Source: Priapulus caudatus (lineage: Eukaryota). Taken from it: a DNA stretch of 63,488 bases. Numbering within the stretch: position 1 is the stretch's first letter; every line of letters begins with the position of its first letter. The notes beneath the pieces are model-generated. The model worked only from the letters and a program-made list of their open reading frames with translations, had not been told where the DNA came from and made no database searches. Location of the stretch: the NCBI RefSeq assembly GCF_000485595.1, contig NW_014577066.1, positions 199,908-263,395 on the forward strand, in the 5' to 3' direction. The position numbers and the translations under genes were made by a program. Positions 50,255 to 63,300 of this stretch are shown here, in pieces.

Positions 50255-53200
50255 TAAAAGAAAAAAAAAAAAAACAGATGGAGGGTGGGGGGTGGGGGAG
50301 TGGGGAAGGGCGGGGGGAGGGTGGAGGGAGGGAGGCAGGGGTGGGGAGGGGCTGCTAATCAGCAAAAGCAGTTTACTCCTTTGTTAACAGTCCAACAAAT
50401 CCATGTTTTAACCCTCCTCTTGAGTCAAAAGTTATCCGACACTTACTCTTCGGCATGTCAGCAGAAGGGACATTTCATGGTCTTTCAACTAAAAGCCATA
50501 AAAATGCTAGGTCAGCCGCTGAAACCAAAAAGTTTTTCAATCGCTTCCGTCAGACCATGCGCCTCAGAAAATGTCTAAAATGCTGCCCTGTGCCCATTGA
50601 CCATTTGACCTGTACCTCCAATTTCGCAACAGTGATGCTTTCGCTACGCATGATGCTATACACGCGACTATCACGAGCCTAGGTCGAGCCACTTAAGATT
50701 TTGTGCCGCAATTCTGAGCATTTCCCTCGCCTATACGCTTAAGTTAAGGAGTGATGTTCCGCCCTTCGCTTTACACTGCTTGACCTTGACGCTTATGACC
50801 CCGCAGCTTCGACATCCCAACTCGTTTGCGGATTACCCCCCACGTCCGCGAATATCGTAGACGCGTGCGTCGAGCGGTTAAGATTTGTGCCGCAACTGTT
50901 GACGCACGACGGACGGACGACGCACGACGATCAAGCGATTCTACAAGCTGCATGCTGACTCTGTCAGATGACAGGCTAAAAAATTAATGGCACATACTGT
51001 AACATTTTAAAATATTATGAGCACTGTGTAGCAATGTGAATGGCATATGCGATGGTTGGTACAGTTAGTAAAACGGCCTGATTTTATCGGGGCGCGCCGA
51101 CTTAATGCGAATTCGGATTATAACGGCGATAATGTACATTGGACCTTTTTTGGGCTCTCTCCGGAAGCTGAAAAGTTTTCGGCTGAGTTAAGCCGGGTTA
51201 GGTGCAGATTGTGATTGAATGTGACGCGACTCGACACATTGCAAGCTCATGCGACTGCAGTGCCTAGGTCGACAGCGACACGACTGACAGCGATGAGGCA
51301 ACGACTGACACTGGCAGTCACAGAGTTGCAACAACAAGTTATTCATGCATTCTTTACTGCCAGGTAATTTACTTGGCCAGAAGGTAAACGTGCAAAAAAC
51401 GGGTCAAATAAGTCAAAATAGGGTGTTTAGATGTTACGGTCAACATTGGGTCAGTTTATACGCTGATTTTGCTTGAGGCCCAATTCAGTGAGGAACCTGC
51501 TTTTTTCGGCGATGACCATTTTATGGACCTCAACCGATCGTGTTATGACGGGACGGGCACACTGGCATTAGGAATGCAGAGAACAACATCAAAACACCCA
51601 TAGCAAATGCATCAATTTGTACCTCACGCCAGGTCAAGAAATGGTTGGGCATTGCATGTTTAGAGTTCAGCCAGTTCTACGTGGCACATTTCCAAAGTGG
51701 GCCATGCTTCCTCTTTAAGAGTACCACTCTTTGAGCTCTTTAAGACTGGTAATTGAGTTTCTCTCCAGTAAAAACCGATTGACCTGCTCCCTTTGCTCGT
51801 ACTGAGGTTATCAGACGAGCCTGCAGTCTAAGTTCGCTGATTCTTCGGCAGATATTCTGCGATATTGATCTCTTGCGACGACATAGTCGTATGAGCAAAC
51901 TTTTCGGGCGCACATATCTGCCAGCGCTATCTGCCTGTAGAGTTCGCAATTGTTCGCACAAGCTCTGGCGAATCTTGCGGTGAATAGAAGAGCGACAGAT
52001 GCCGTGGTACTCGATGGGGAGGTCGGGAAGGTAGGCTGCGAGTGCTGCTGTAAGAGGCACAGTGATCGTGCACGGCCAGCGAATGTCCTGCAGAACTGAA
52101 GCAGCCCGCCCAGCTGGCGGCCTCTCTCCGGTGCACGTGGGCGTGGCTCCCTCTGAGCAAGGTGATTGGCGAGTTTTCGCCATGCTACTTTGGTTCCAGC
52201 GCAATGATGAAGTGGAGACGGCGTTTCGGTGAGTCTCGAGTAACATGTCTGGTTTTATAGCCAGCCCAGCCTGTCCAGACTTCCATAATCTATGTCCTGA
52301 AAGAAAAGGCAGTACTAGGTTGTCTAAAACTGCTTTGCACAACCTTAAGAACAAGGCACCCAAACACAATAGACTTTTCAATGACATGGATCCACATTAT
52401 TTGCCAAGAAAAAAATTATTTGGTGAAATAAATTGGAAATATGCATCGTCATTCAAGATGATACCAAAACTATCTGAAACAAATTTTGGTCGTATGACAA
52501 AGCAGTTTAAGATTAGAAAATGACTGCATGCGACATAGTGTTTTCCTGTAGCTTCATCATTTGCTGTCATTGCTTATCATTCTCATGAAATATTTCGCAG
52601 GTACTCGTTTTCCAATTTTGTGAAAATTCAAATTTCTTTATGGTTATGGCTTTATGGGATTCTAGCGCAATGTTAACAAAGCAACTTTATTTTTTAGAAC
52701 TTTGTGAAATATGAATTACCCAAAATCACAAACGCAATGATGCTGGTAACTAAGCGCCCTTAGTAGAACGTGTTTTGGTGTATTAATTTTATTTTAGATG
52801 TTACAGGAGTATTTTGCTTGAGAGGAGGGCATTGACATTTTGTGAACACCACTATATAGCATTAAGGAATGAATGAAAATATTTGTTTTTGTTCTCTCCT
52901 TATAATAGATTATTATGCAATTAAAATAGGCCAATTCCTCCATAGAAGCAACTAAATTGTGAAAATTCTAGTCACTGATCACAGATGTGAGAGACTAGCT
53001 GCCAAGAAACGTCATGGATTGAAAGATGCATTGTAAATTGTATGTAAAGCATGTAGGTTGTATTGACGTTGTACTGCACAGCATCCTGTCAGGCAGGCAG
53101 CAACCTAGTGCAACTTGATCCATTTAACTTGATGCTTTAATCTTGATTAGTATCTAGGATTACGGCAGAGCAAAATCACTTTAGGCAGCCCTTAGGTATC

Positions 53201-53750
53201 ACGACGTGATGCACAGATTTCTGTGTATCATCAGCTGATACACAGACTGTCGTATATTGCAAGGAATGATCAAAAACCCCAAACACCTAACCTAAGTCAT
53301 AAAGTATAAGCCTTACCTGAGGTATGCACGAAGTGTGTTCAGGGTTTAGGGTTAGGGTTTAGAGTTTTTGCATCATTCCTTGATATACGGAAAGTCTGTG
53401 CATTAGTTATGATACACATGAAATGCTGTGCATCACTTCGTGATACCGCTACGGTGCCTGCACAGCTCAAGTGATTTCGCACGCGGAATGGCCCCCCCCC
53501 ATAAGCTCTATGGCCATGGCAGAGCTTCAGCTACGTGTCGTCTCAGCGTGTGGCTCGTAAGCAGCAATAGTTCTACGAGTGTCCCTATGGCAGGCGTAGA
53601 ATAATCTGATCATAACCTACTACACCACAACATTACTTAGCATGCGCTAACTCCGTTGAATAATCAATGCGTCAATGTCAACACAATGGCAATCACTCGC
53701 AATCGATGTGAGTGTTTATCATATCTTGTTTATCAAGCTTTACGCTCCAT
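43751..53750 (-). pseudogene. Heavily frameshifted second copy of JMY (more likely an assembly artefact than a true pseudogene)
   Basis: The exon and intron sequences of JMY recur in order, disrupted by frequent indels. Confidence 0.7.
50056..50978. mobile_element. HINE-like element present only in the duplicate copy of JMY intron 2
   Basis: AACAAGAG...GCTAAAAA ends inserted in an A-run; empty site at 39481-39500. Confidence 0.7.
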
Positions 53751-53930
53751 ACTTCCTTTGACAGTGTTTCCCCAGCAGTCCTACACAGTCAGCGTCAAAT
53801 GGATGCTATGACATTGCCTGAGTAGTGGCTCTGGTGGGTCATGTGCTGTAGCGAATTACTGAGATGCAGCTGGAGAGGCTCCAAATAATCAGCAAAGTAA
53901 AGAATGAAGAAAAGAAAAAACAAAAAAAAG

Positions 53931-53986
<56 letters not shown>

Positions 53987-54026
53987 CAAAAAAAAAAAAA
54001 AAAAAAAAATAAAAAAAAAAAAAAAG

Positions 54027-54075
<49 letters not shown>

Positions 54076-56561
54076 AAAAAAACAACTACTGACCTTTCTC
54101 TCGCCATCTGACGTTATTTTGTTTCATGCACGTGATCTCGATGCAGCCGAATAAAAGTACATGGCATTCGTACACAAGAGTTTCAATCAAGAGTTTATTA
54201 TATAATCATAGCAATCTTTGTAAATTAATTCAAATAAATAATAAATAAGCGACTCCAAATTCAAATTATTTTTATAAATACTGCTGTCGAGAACAATGCT
54301 TTCTTTTTATTATAAAGAGCAACTTTTGTAAATCGCTGCCAATCACATTTATCAACGCCATAAGTCTAGGCGCTGCCAAAACTGTCAATGTCCTGCAGTG
54401 CCGTGTTGAAGTTCTATATTCTGTTATTGTCGAATTCCAAAGAATGTCCAGGTCCAGGCAAGTCTTCGGTTCTATTCTGTTATGTGGCTTTCGCTACAGC
54501 CAAAGAAACAGGCTCGTATTCGCTTATAGTTAACCATAGATGTGTAATATAGTATGCGCGTATTTATAGATAGCTATTAGCTACTACTAGTATTAGTAAA
54601 TATTAGTATTAGTATTACTGTCTGACACTGTAACGTGATAACTATAGTATAGCATAGCCGACCTAGCGTCTAGTAACTATAGCCCGCAGGAATACGCTGC
54701 CGCCAGGCAGCGCCATCCTGCGGGCAGTAGTACCGTAGAGGTAAGCCCGACCAGGCTGTGCCGCGGATTGTCTTACATACTGGTATTCTAACCCCTAGCT
54801 AGATACGGTTTCTTGAGGCTACGCGTAACTATTACTACATTACTAATAGTATACTAGTACTGCTGGGGCTGAAGAGCGGTCTATGTCCCCCAGGGTACTG
54901 CCGGAACCGTACCTTGGTACTATCTAATTGATGCCGGACCGTACCTCGCCTACTCCACTAACGAGTCTAGGGAAAAAAAAACACAATCGAAACTCGCCTT
55001 ACGGCCTACTCCTAACCTACCAACCCTGACCGCTAACGCGTACGCCTCAACCCTAACCATATCAAATACGTTACCTGGGTACGTTCCGGTTATACCGGAC
55101 CGTACCAGGTACGTCCGGCAGTACCGCTGGGACATCTAGACCCTATGAGCCAACTACTGGAGACTGCCTCAAGGGGTCGTTGTCGTATTCACTATCAGAT
55201 CACTACAGTACAGCACAGGCACTTGAAGCGTTTCAATAAAATATAATGCTAAATTATATCAGAACTCTAATACTCAGTAGTCAGTACCTACAAAATTCTT
55301 AATGTTTCTAATACTCTCTTTCACGCTATTATCTGCCGACAGTTGGCTAGCTAACAACTAACCTCAACCCTAACCCTAACCCTAACCTTACCCTAATCTA
55401 AACATACCATCATATATAAAATATAAACACATAAAACTAAAACAACCGTAAAACTTACCTCGTTACATATCTGTAGTAGCCTGATACGAGCAACACGACC
55501 CATACTGGATTTACGGATACAAAGGCATAGACGAGGGCATGGCCGAGATGAGAACTATGTACCGTAACACATCGCTTTGCTCTCAGCAAACCATGCCTCT
55601 CTATCCTTGAGCGTGCATTACTGACTGGCCGCCAGTACTCGGCTTCACAGACCTCGTGTTTGGTACTACACAGGCACAACGCCACACAGGCCAACTTGAA
55701 GGCGTTTCAATAAAATATCTAATGCTCAACTAAAATACGAAATCTAATTTACTAACAAATTCTTAACATGTTTCTATACTCTCTTTCACCGTATTTGAGC
55801 GACAAGTTTCCATGTAAATTCTGTCGCAAAATCCTACGTGCAACCATATACGCTTGCCGGCGCCGCCGATTGCTCTCGGCGACGTGCACTTGGTTGCACG
55901 GCTTTCACATATATATAGCAGTTACAGGAAGAGGGCGGGATCGCAAAATGCGGACATCGAACGCTCGCTTCGATTTTCACACTTTCACAGCCGAATACAC
56001 ATCAAACAGCTTCCATCTTTTGTTTCTCTTTCAAGAACAAGCTGTTCAACTTGTTATAAACAACATCTGTCTGTGTTCGTAACCGAGCTGTGTCACACGA
56101 ATCATCACACAAGACTGAACGAAATTCTCTCGTTCGTGACCTTGCCAGTAAAATGTTAAATGTCTGTCAGATTAATCAGGAAACGCCCACCGGCCGGCTC
56201 TTCATGACCTCATTCTCTGCGGCGTAACAGCTGCCGACGTTTTGCAACGTTCCAATGGCGAGGCTCCGTGAAAAAAATAACACTGGGGCTCGGGACGCCG
56301 ATATATAGCCCCCAAAATGCCAAAAAGCTGCCGCCGTAAATTTGCATAGAGTTCAATGCCAAACGCGAATTCTAGGAGTGCTATTTTCAATGCACGGCGA
56401 AAGCTTCGAAAGAGGCCAAGTATGGCCCCCGCACCCCCACAAAATAAATCCATGTTTTGTTTTTCCCGTGGCCGAGGCTCGTACGGGAGTTGGAAAGCAG
56501 TGTGCCACCTATAGCGCCTTAGGACTGGACTCGCTCGGCACCTCTCGGCTTAGCTGGTCAT

Positions 56562-56571
56562 NNNNNNNNNN
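56562..56571. other. Assembly gap (10 N)
   Basis: Run of N. Confidence 0.99.
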
Positions 56572-56941
56572 CAATCTCGAGATTGGGCAGATTCCAAGTT
56601 TGGTTACAGCATAACTATAGAGTATAGTATAGGCATAGCCCGACCAGGCTGTGCGGCGGATTGTCTATACATACGGTATTCTAACCCCTAGCAATACCGT
56701 TTCTTGGAGCTACTGTAACTATTACTAGTACTACTGGGGCTGAGAGGGTCTATGTCCCCCAGGGTACTGCCGAAACGTACCCTGGTACTATCTAATATGC
56801 CGGACCGTACCTCGCCTACTCCACTAACGAGTCTAGGGAGTCGCCTACGCCTACTCCCTAACCCTAACCCTGACCCTAACTCTAACCATATCAAATAGTT
56901 ACCTGGGTACGTTCCGGTATACCGGACCGTACCCAGGGTAC

Positions 56942-57095
56942 TGTGAAGCGTGCCCGAAGGCTTATAATAAGGAGGCACTGCTCAACCACGTTATTAGTTA
57001 TAGGTAGCCATTTTATTAATGCTCTTATGTTGTGATGTGACGTCATCAACGATATGACATATATGGTATTGATACATGAATGTCATATCGTAACA
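56942..57095 (-). repeat. 3' LTR (about 154 bp) of the Gypsy element
   Basis: Begins TGTTAC directly after the polypurine tract (57096-57108) and ends TTCACA at the host junction. Confidence 0.7.
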
Positions 57096-57622
57096 TCCCC
57101 CTTCCTTTGAAGTTAAATACAATCCCCTTTAACAAACCATGTTCTAATAAATTGTACAATACAACGCCATTGACCCTAACATGAAATGCTATACTTTCCT
57201 AACTTCTTAGTCAACCTTGCTTATTTTAATAACACCTTAAATTAATAAATGTTTGTCCATACTATTATACTGCGCCATTCGGGAGTGATTAGCATCACAA
57301 TGTACTCAAGTAGCTTCTATTATTTCAGTGTACTTCCCTATGGTTCCTATAAGACATATATTAGTAACTCCAAAGAAAACCTTAACAGGTAACACATGGA
57401 TCCAATAACTTGCTTGACCCAACAACAAATATAAACAATAGCGGCAGTCTTTTGACACTGCCATATCCTTCAACTAAAAACCCATTGGGGACCAACTTGG
57501 TACCCTCCTCCCTACCTTACAAATAAACAAAAATATGCAAAAGAACAATATTTGCTTACACCAACTAAGAAAAATCACGTCTCTAACTTTTCATTATATT
57601 CGCGTACCTGGGTGTACGTTCA

Positions 57623-58720
57623 CTAGGGCTGATATCTGGCCGGTTTTCGAATTGTGCGACCTGATCGAGTGGTTATATAATCAGAGTGTGTGTTTGTGTT
57701 CAGAGTGTCGTGATTGCGCTCTGCGTTGGGTGTGTTTGCGCTACGACTGTCTCTGCTAGTGGGAGTGTGATGTTGGTGTGGTGCGGGGTCGTCGGCAAAG
57801 TGTATACGCTTGGCAACTTCTTGCGCATGATTGGGCGTATTACTGACCGGAATCTCCCTCAAGTGGGAGCGATTGCGACGAAGAATAGCCCCGTTGGGGG
57901 TGGCGATCTCATACGACCGTGGTTCGGCACACACCCTTGAAATCTTCGCGGGTATCCACGTGTGTTCCTGCGGGTGTAGGACACGGACCTGTTGTCCAAC
58001 GTGAAGTGGTGGGAGTTCTGTCCCAGCATGTCTGTCATGTGTTTCCTTCATTCTATTTTGCCTCTGCAGGAGATGCTCCGTGTCGGATGCATTGTCTGCA
58101 AGATGGTGGCCAGGAAGACTGGTCCTGATGGGCCTTCCTAATAGAAGTTCAGCTGGAGACTTCATGTGCGAGTCAACTGGTGTCGCTCGGAGGTGGAGCA
58201 TTGCAATCTGTGCGTCTTGACCAGTCATGCTGCACTTCTTGAGCATTGACTTGACAGTCCGTACCATGCGCTCTGCCAGTCCATTGGACCTAGGATAATG
58301 TGGTGATGAGGTCACGTGGGTGATTGACCATTTCTTGCACATTTCCTGGAATGGTCGTCCGGAGAACTGGGGGCCGTTGTCTGATACGATTTCTGCAGGT
58401 GGACCCAACAGGCTAAAGACTCCACTCATCACTCCTGCTACTGCTGCACTTGAAGTGTCTTTCAGTTTGTAAAGTACCGGGTACTTTGAATGGTAGTCTG
58501 TGATGAGGAGATAGTCCTGTCTGTTCAAGGTGAACAGGTCTGTTGCCAGCTTGGTCCAGGGAGCTGTTGGAACATCATGTGGCTGGAGAGGCTCCTTTTG
58601 CTGTCTTGTTTGCAGTTCCTGGCACGCAGGGCAGTCCTTTGTGATATGCTCGATATCATTGTTAATTCCTGGCCAGAAAACTGTTTCACGGGCTAGTCTG
58701 CGCGTTCGCTCAATGCCCAT
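57623..58720 (-). CDS. Gypsy integrase portion of pol (open over 365 codons)
   Basis: Zinc-finger end (FWPGI...CPAC) and catalytic core DLF / SDNGPQF / SNGLAERMV. Confidence 0.85.
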   Translation of the reverse strand: MGIERTRRLARETVFWPGINNDIEHITKDCPACQELQTRQQKEPLQPHDVPTAPWTKLATDLFTLNRQDYLLITDYHSKYPVLYKLKDTSSAAVAGVMSGVFSLLGPPAEIVSDNGPQFSGRPFQEMCKKWSITHVTSSPHYPRSNGLAERMVRTVKSMLKKCSMTGQDAQIAMLHLRATPVDSHMKSPAELLLGRPIRTSLPGHHLADNASDTEHLLQRQNRMKETHDRHAGTELPPLHVGQQVRVLHPQEHTWIPAKISRVCAEPRSYEIATPNGAILRRNRSHLREIPVSNTPNHAQEVAKRIHFADDPAPHQHHTPTSRDSRSANTPNAERNHDTLNTNTHSDYITTRSGRTIRKPARYQP

Positions 58721-59550
58721 GTGTCTATGTGGAGCTGTCCTAGGATGTCTTTTTGTAGTGTTGGGGGAATTACAACCTGCTTCCCTTTAAAGAGAACTCC
58801 ATGTGAGACGCCAAGCTCGTCTCTGAATGTCCAAAATGTGCGCAACGCCGTGGGCACCTCCTTGATGGATTCTGGCCAACCATTTGTCACTTGTTGCCAT
58901 AGGGCCACGTAGGACGGGGTCAGCAGAAGTTTCCTTCTGAAGTTCCTCTCTCTTGCTATGGCCAAAGAACATGAGATCAATGTCCAGTGAGCCTTCAATC
59001 TCTGTGCCGATGAAATCTACCGCGACATCTATGGGAATGTCCTGGCTGTCGGCAGGATTTGGCATCCTGCTCAGTGTGTCAGATAGCACATGTGCTTTCC
59101 AGGTTTATACCTGATGTCACACTTATATCCTTGGATCTTGATGAGTAACCTCTGAAGGCGAGGCGGTGCACTCTTGAGTGGCTTCTTCCAAATCATTTCA
59201 AGAGGTTTGTGGTCAGTTTCCACGACAAACTCCTTTCCAAACAGGTATGTGTGGAAGCGATTGATGCCGAATACGAGCGCTAGCGTCTCTCTTTCAATGT
59301 TTGAATAGTTAGACTCGGCTGTGGACAGGCTTTTCGATGCAAACGCTATCGTTTGCGCCCTGTAGTAGGCATGCCCCTACTCCTTTCATGGACCCATCCA
59401 CTTCGAGGGTTGTGTCCTCTGTGGATCGTAGTACTGGAGACGCGCTTGCTTCGTGATAGCATCCTTGAGTATGCTGAAGGCATGTTCGTGGTCAACGTCC
59501 CAGAGGAACGGAACATCTTTTGAGTAGTTTCCGCATCGGTGCTGGCCTTC

Positions 59551-60336
59551 TCAGAGAAGTTGGGATGTACCAGCAAGGAATGTGAAGAGTCCAAGGCATC
59601 GCTGGACGTCCTCCTTGTCTTGAGGCGTTGGCATTGCCTTGATGGCTTCCACTTTTCCTGAGTCTGGGTGGATGCCTGTCCTGGTATAGAGCGATCCGAA
59701 GAACGTGATGCTCTCCTTCTTGATGTCGCATTTCGTGCTGTTGAAGACGAGGCCCTCTCGCGCTGCTCTATCCATCAGCTGACGCAGATTTGTGTCATGT
59801 TCTTCTTCGGTCCGACCAACGACAGCTATGTCATCCGCGATGCATACACATCCAGGCAGACCACTGATGATCCTGTCCATGTGCTGCTGGAAAACATCCT
59901 GACTGACGCAGAGGCCAAAGGGGAGACGTTGGAAGCAATATCTGCCAAATGGCGTGCGAAAGGTTGTGAGTTCTTGCGATTCCTCTGCAAGGTGAACCGA
60001 CCAATAGCCGGCTTTTGCATCCAACTTAGAGAAGTATCTTGCTTCAGCAAATGTAGGGTTAACTTCCTCTAATGTCGGTGTCTTGTGTGGACACCTCTTC
60101 AATGCATCGTTGAGCCGTTTGGGGTCGAGACACAAACGAAGGACCATCCTTTCTTGACTGCCGTAGTCATGGAACTACACCAATCGGTATGGTGTTCAAC
60201 ATGGCGAATGATCCCATTGCCTTCCATGTTGTTCAATTCTGTTTTGATCTTGTCTCGTAGGTGCACGCTACATTTCCTGGGCGGATCAATCGTCGGTTTG
60301 GCATCATCCTTCAGATGCAGGGTAGCCTTTCCTTGA
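59551..60336 (-). pseudogene. Gypsy reverse transcriptase domain (frameshift near 60147)
   Basis: KIKTELNNMEGNGII...TDWCSSM, then LRLCLDPKRLNDAL...FSKLDAKAGYW...CIADDIAV. Confidence 0.88.
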
Positions 60337-63300
60337 AAGTTGCCTATGGTGTCGGTCACTCGATGGGTAATCGAGGTGGGAGCGAGTCCCAGTCTATATA
60401 GCCCTGTACTTGCAGCCATTTACATTTACTGGGCAAGGTTCGCGAACGCGAGAATTTCGTCAGTCTTTGTGTGATTTCGCGTGACACAGCTCGGTTACGA
60501 ACACAGACAGTATGTTTTTATAACAAGTGAACACTGTTCTTCAAATAGAAACAAAGATGGAGTAGAATGGTTGGATATTTGTGTTGTATTTGTGTGAAAT
60601 CAATTGAGCGTCGAGCGAATTTTGGCAGCACGCTTTCCTACCTGCTATATATTTATGTGTCAGTGTGCAGCGGCAGCCAGCGTTTGTTGCAGATTAGCAT
60701 TTGGACGGCATTTGCAGGAAATTGTCGGCAATAATAGGCGAAAGAGAGTATAGAAACATTACGACTTTGGTAGTAAATAGATTTCGTATTTATTTAGCAT
60801 TATATTTTTTTTAAACGCTCCAAGTGCCTGTGGGCCCCATGCAGCACAGGCACTTGGGACAGAGTCAGTAAAAACTGAAAATAATATGAATGCACATTCA
60901 CAAATACTACCTCTCAATTACACTTCCACTGTTGTGGCAATGTATATGAACTTTCTTTCACAAAAACTAATGCGGAACGCTCCCGCACTCGCCGCCGCCT
61001 ATAGGCTATACTTTCAATGCTTGGTTATGACATTATCAAATCTACAACAGTAATACTGTCACTGATCTTATACTTATAGTATGTACTTGTAATAAATAAA
61101 ATTTAAAAAAAAGAATAAATAAATATTGGCTATTTAAGTGTTACATAATACCAGGAGTAGATAATAGGGAAGGAGTGTGACTTCGATAAAAAAGGGAAAT
61201 TCGTCATTTACTAGCCTTATAATACCTACGATTTACTATGCGTAACTCATCCAACTTGAGCTCAAATCGTACACAGCACATTCGCCTAGCATCGTGCGAA
61301 ATCGTTTCCTCGTATACACCAGCAATCCAGAGATACAGTCTAAAACGTACGACACGATTATCCATTCTTTGGCCATCAATCCGAAAGTATTCCCCGCCGA
61401 ACTTGCAAACAAAAGGCAGCTACTAACGCACTGTCGCTCACTCGGCGAGGCTGTGTGGCTTGCTGGGAGATTGGACATCTACGCAACACTCGGCGAGATA
61501 ACCTTTGACCCGGCATACAGCTACATACCGGCATACAGTCTTCACGAATGAAATTTCTAAACACTGGACCTTCGGTCCACCAAGCCAGCAAAATTTACTG
61601 GACCGGACTAAATTTTACTGGACCGGACTAAATTTTACTGGACCAATATTATTTAGACATTTTTGACAATAAAGAACAAAACAATAATATCATTTTGTAT
61701 TTTACCTATAATAATACCTTCTACACACTGCTATGATAACAGTATAGTAATACCTATCAAATATATATCACATGCCTTCTACACATGCACTACAATAAAA
61801 GCTGCAAAATAGAACAACAAATCTGCGTTGGTCGTCAGTGAGCATGTATCACACATACCTTCTACAAACTGCAATGATAACAGTAAGGATACCTATCAAA
61901 TATACATCACATACCTTCTACATACTGGGTAGTGATACCTATCAAATATACATCAGATATGATACCTTTTACATGCTGCAATGATAATGGATTCACCGAC
62001 CAATCGGAGGGCGCTGCGTTTGCCGATCGCTATGCGCATTGGGAAATGCGTACGTCACAGGTCAACAGAAATGGCGCCCAGTATATTCGCCGCTCGTCAC
62101 TTCGAATTTTTGTAACAGGTTATATTAGTTTAATACAGAGTATTGCGATACATAGTAAGTTCCCAGATAGCGGAGAAAGGTTCGTCTTGAGAATAAACCC
62201 AGTTTGGAAGTTCTAGTATCTGAAAATGCACCAGCAAACCGGCCCGAGTGATTCACTCGGGCATTCCTCCGCAGAAAAGGATAGGGACACTTTGTAACCC
62301 TATCCTCTTGGGTTTGGGTTACATTATTGTATCTAGTTCCGGCAGTACCCTGGGGGACATAGACCCTATGAGCACTACTGGGAGTACTGCTCAAGGGGTC
62401 GTTGTCGTATCACTATCAGATACTACAGTACAGACACAGGCACTTGAAGCGTTTCAATAAAATATAATGCTAAATAAATACGAAATCTAATACTAGTAGT
62501 AGTACTACAAAATTCTTAATGTTTCTATACTCTCTTTCACCTATTATTGCCGACAGTGGCTCTAACACTAACCCTAACCCTAACCCTAACCCTAACCTTA
62601 ACCCTAACCCTAAACATACCTCATATAAAAATATAAACATAAAACTAAACAACCTAAAACTACCTCGGTTACATATCTGTAGTACCTGATACGACAACGA
62701 CCCCATCTGCATTACGGTACAAGGATAGAGAGCATGGCGAGATTGAGAACTATGTAGCGTAACACATCGGCTTTGCTCTCACAACCATGCTCTCTATCCT
62801 TGAGCCTGCATTACTACTGCCGCCAGTACTGCTTCAGACTCGTGTTTGGTACTACAGGCACAGCACCACAGGCACTTGAAGCGTTTCAATAAAATATAAT
62901 GCTAACTAAATACGAAATCTATTTACTAACAAATTCTTAATGTTTCTATGCTCTCTTTCACCTATTATTGACGACAGTTTCCTGTAAATTCTGTCCAAAT
63001 CCTACGTACAACCATATATGCTGCCGGCTGCCATTGCTCTCGCGACGTGCACTGTTGCACGCTTACACATACATATAGCAGTTAGGAAAGCGGGATCGCA
63101 AAATTCGCTCGACGCTCGCTTGATTTCACACTTTCACAGCACGAATACACATCCAACAGCTTGCATCTTTGTTTCTCTTTCGAGAACAGTGTTCACTTGT
63201 TATAAAAACATACTGTCTGTGTTCGTAACCGAGCTGTGTCACACGAAATCACACAAAGACTGACGAAATTCTCTCGTTCGTGAACCTTGCCCAGTAAATG

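Larger units (their letters stand above)
43291..56561 (+). repeat. Indel-rich duplicate of 32597-42840, 56613-56941 and 62336-63488; probably an unpolished long read of the other haplotype
   Basis: Colinear throughout, with dense single-base insertions in exons and introns alike. It ends at an N gap, and the sequence after the gap (56572-56613) repeats 43249-43290. Confidence 0.88.
56942..60360 (-). mobile_element. 5'-truncated Ty3/Gypsy LTR retrotransposon (RT-RNase H-integrase, frameshifted) with 3' LTR
   Basis: Domain order RT (LDAKAGYW, RLPFGL, CIADD), RNase H (LEVDGSMKGVGACL, YSNIERE, TDHKPL), integrase. Polypurine tract AAAGGAAGGGGGA abuts a TGT...ACA LTR. No gag, protease or 5' LTR seen. 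Confidence 0.92.
56739..62373. mobile_element. (TTAGGG)n Mutator-like MITE split by a 5.4-kb insertion (MITE parts 56739-56941 and 62336-62373)
   Basis: 9-bp TSD ACTACTGGG at 56730-56738 and 62374-62382; uninterrupted allele at about 54868-55150. Confidence 0.8.

Noticed and set aside
53795..54154. Poly-Lys and poly-Phe ORFs
   Set aside because: They arise from an A-rich run in the noisy duplicate that is absent at the matching site (about 42340); probably a read artefact.
62545..62612. True telomere or chromosome-fusion scar from (CCCTAA)n tracts
   Set aside because: The tracts are short and embedded in dispersed repeats.
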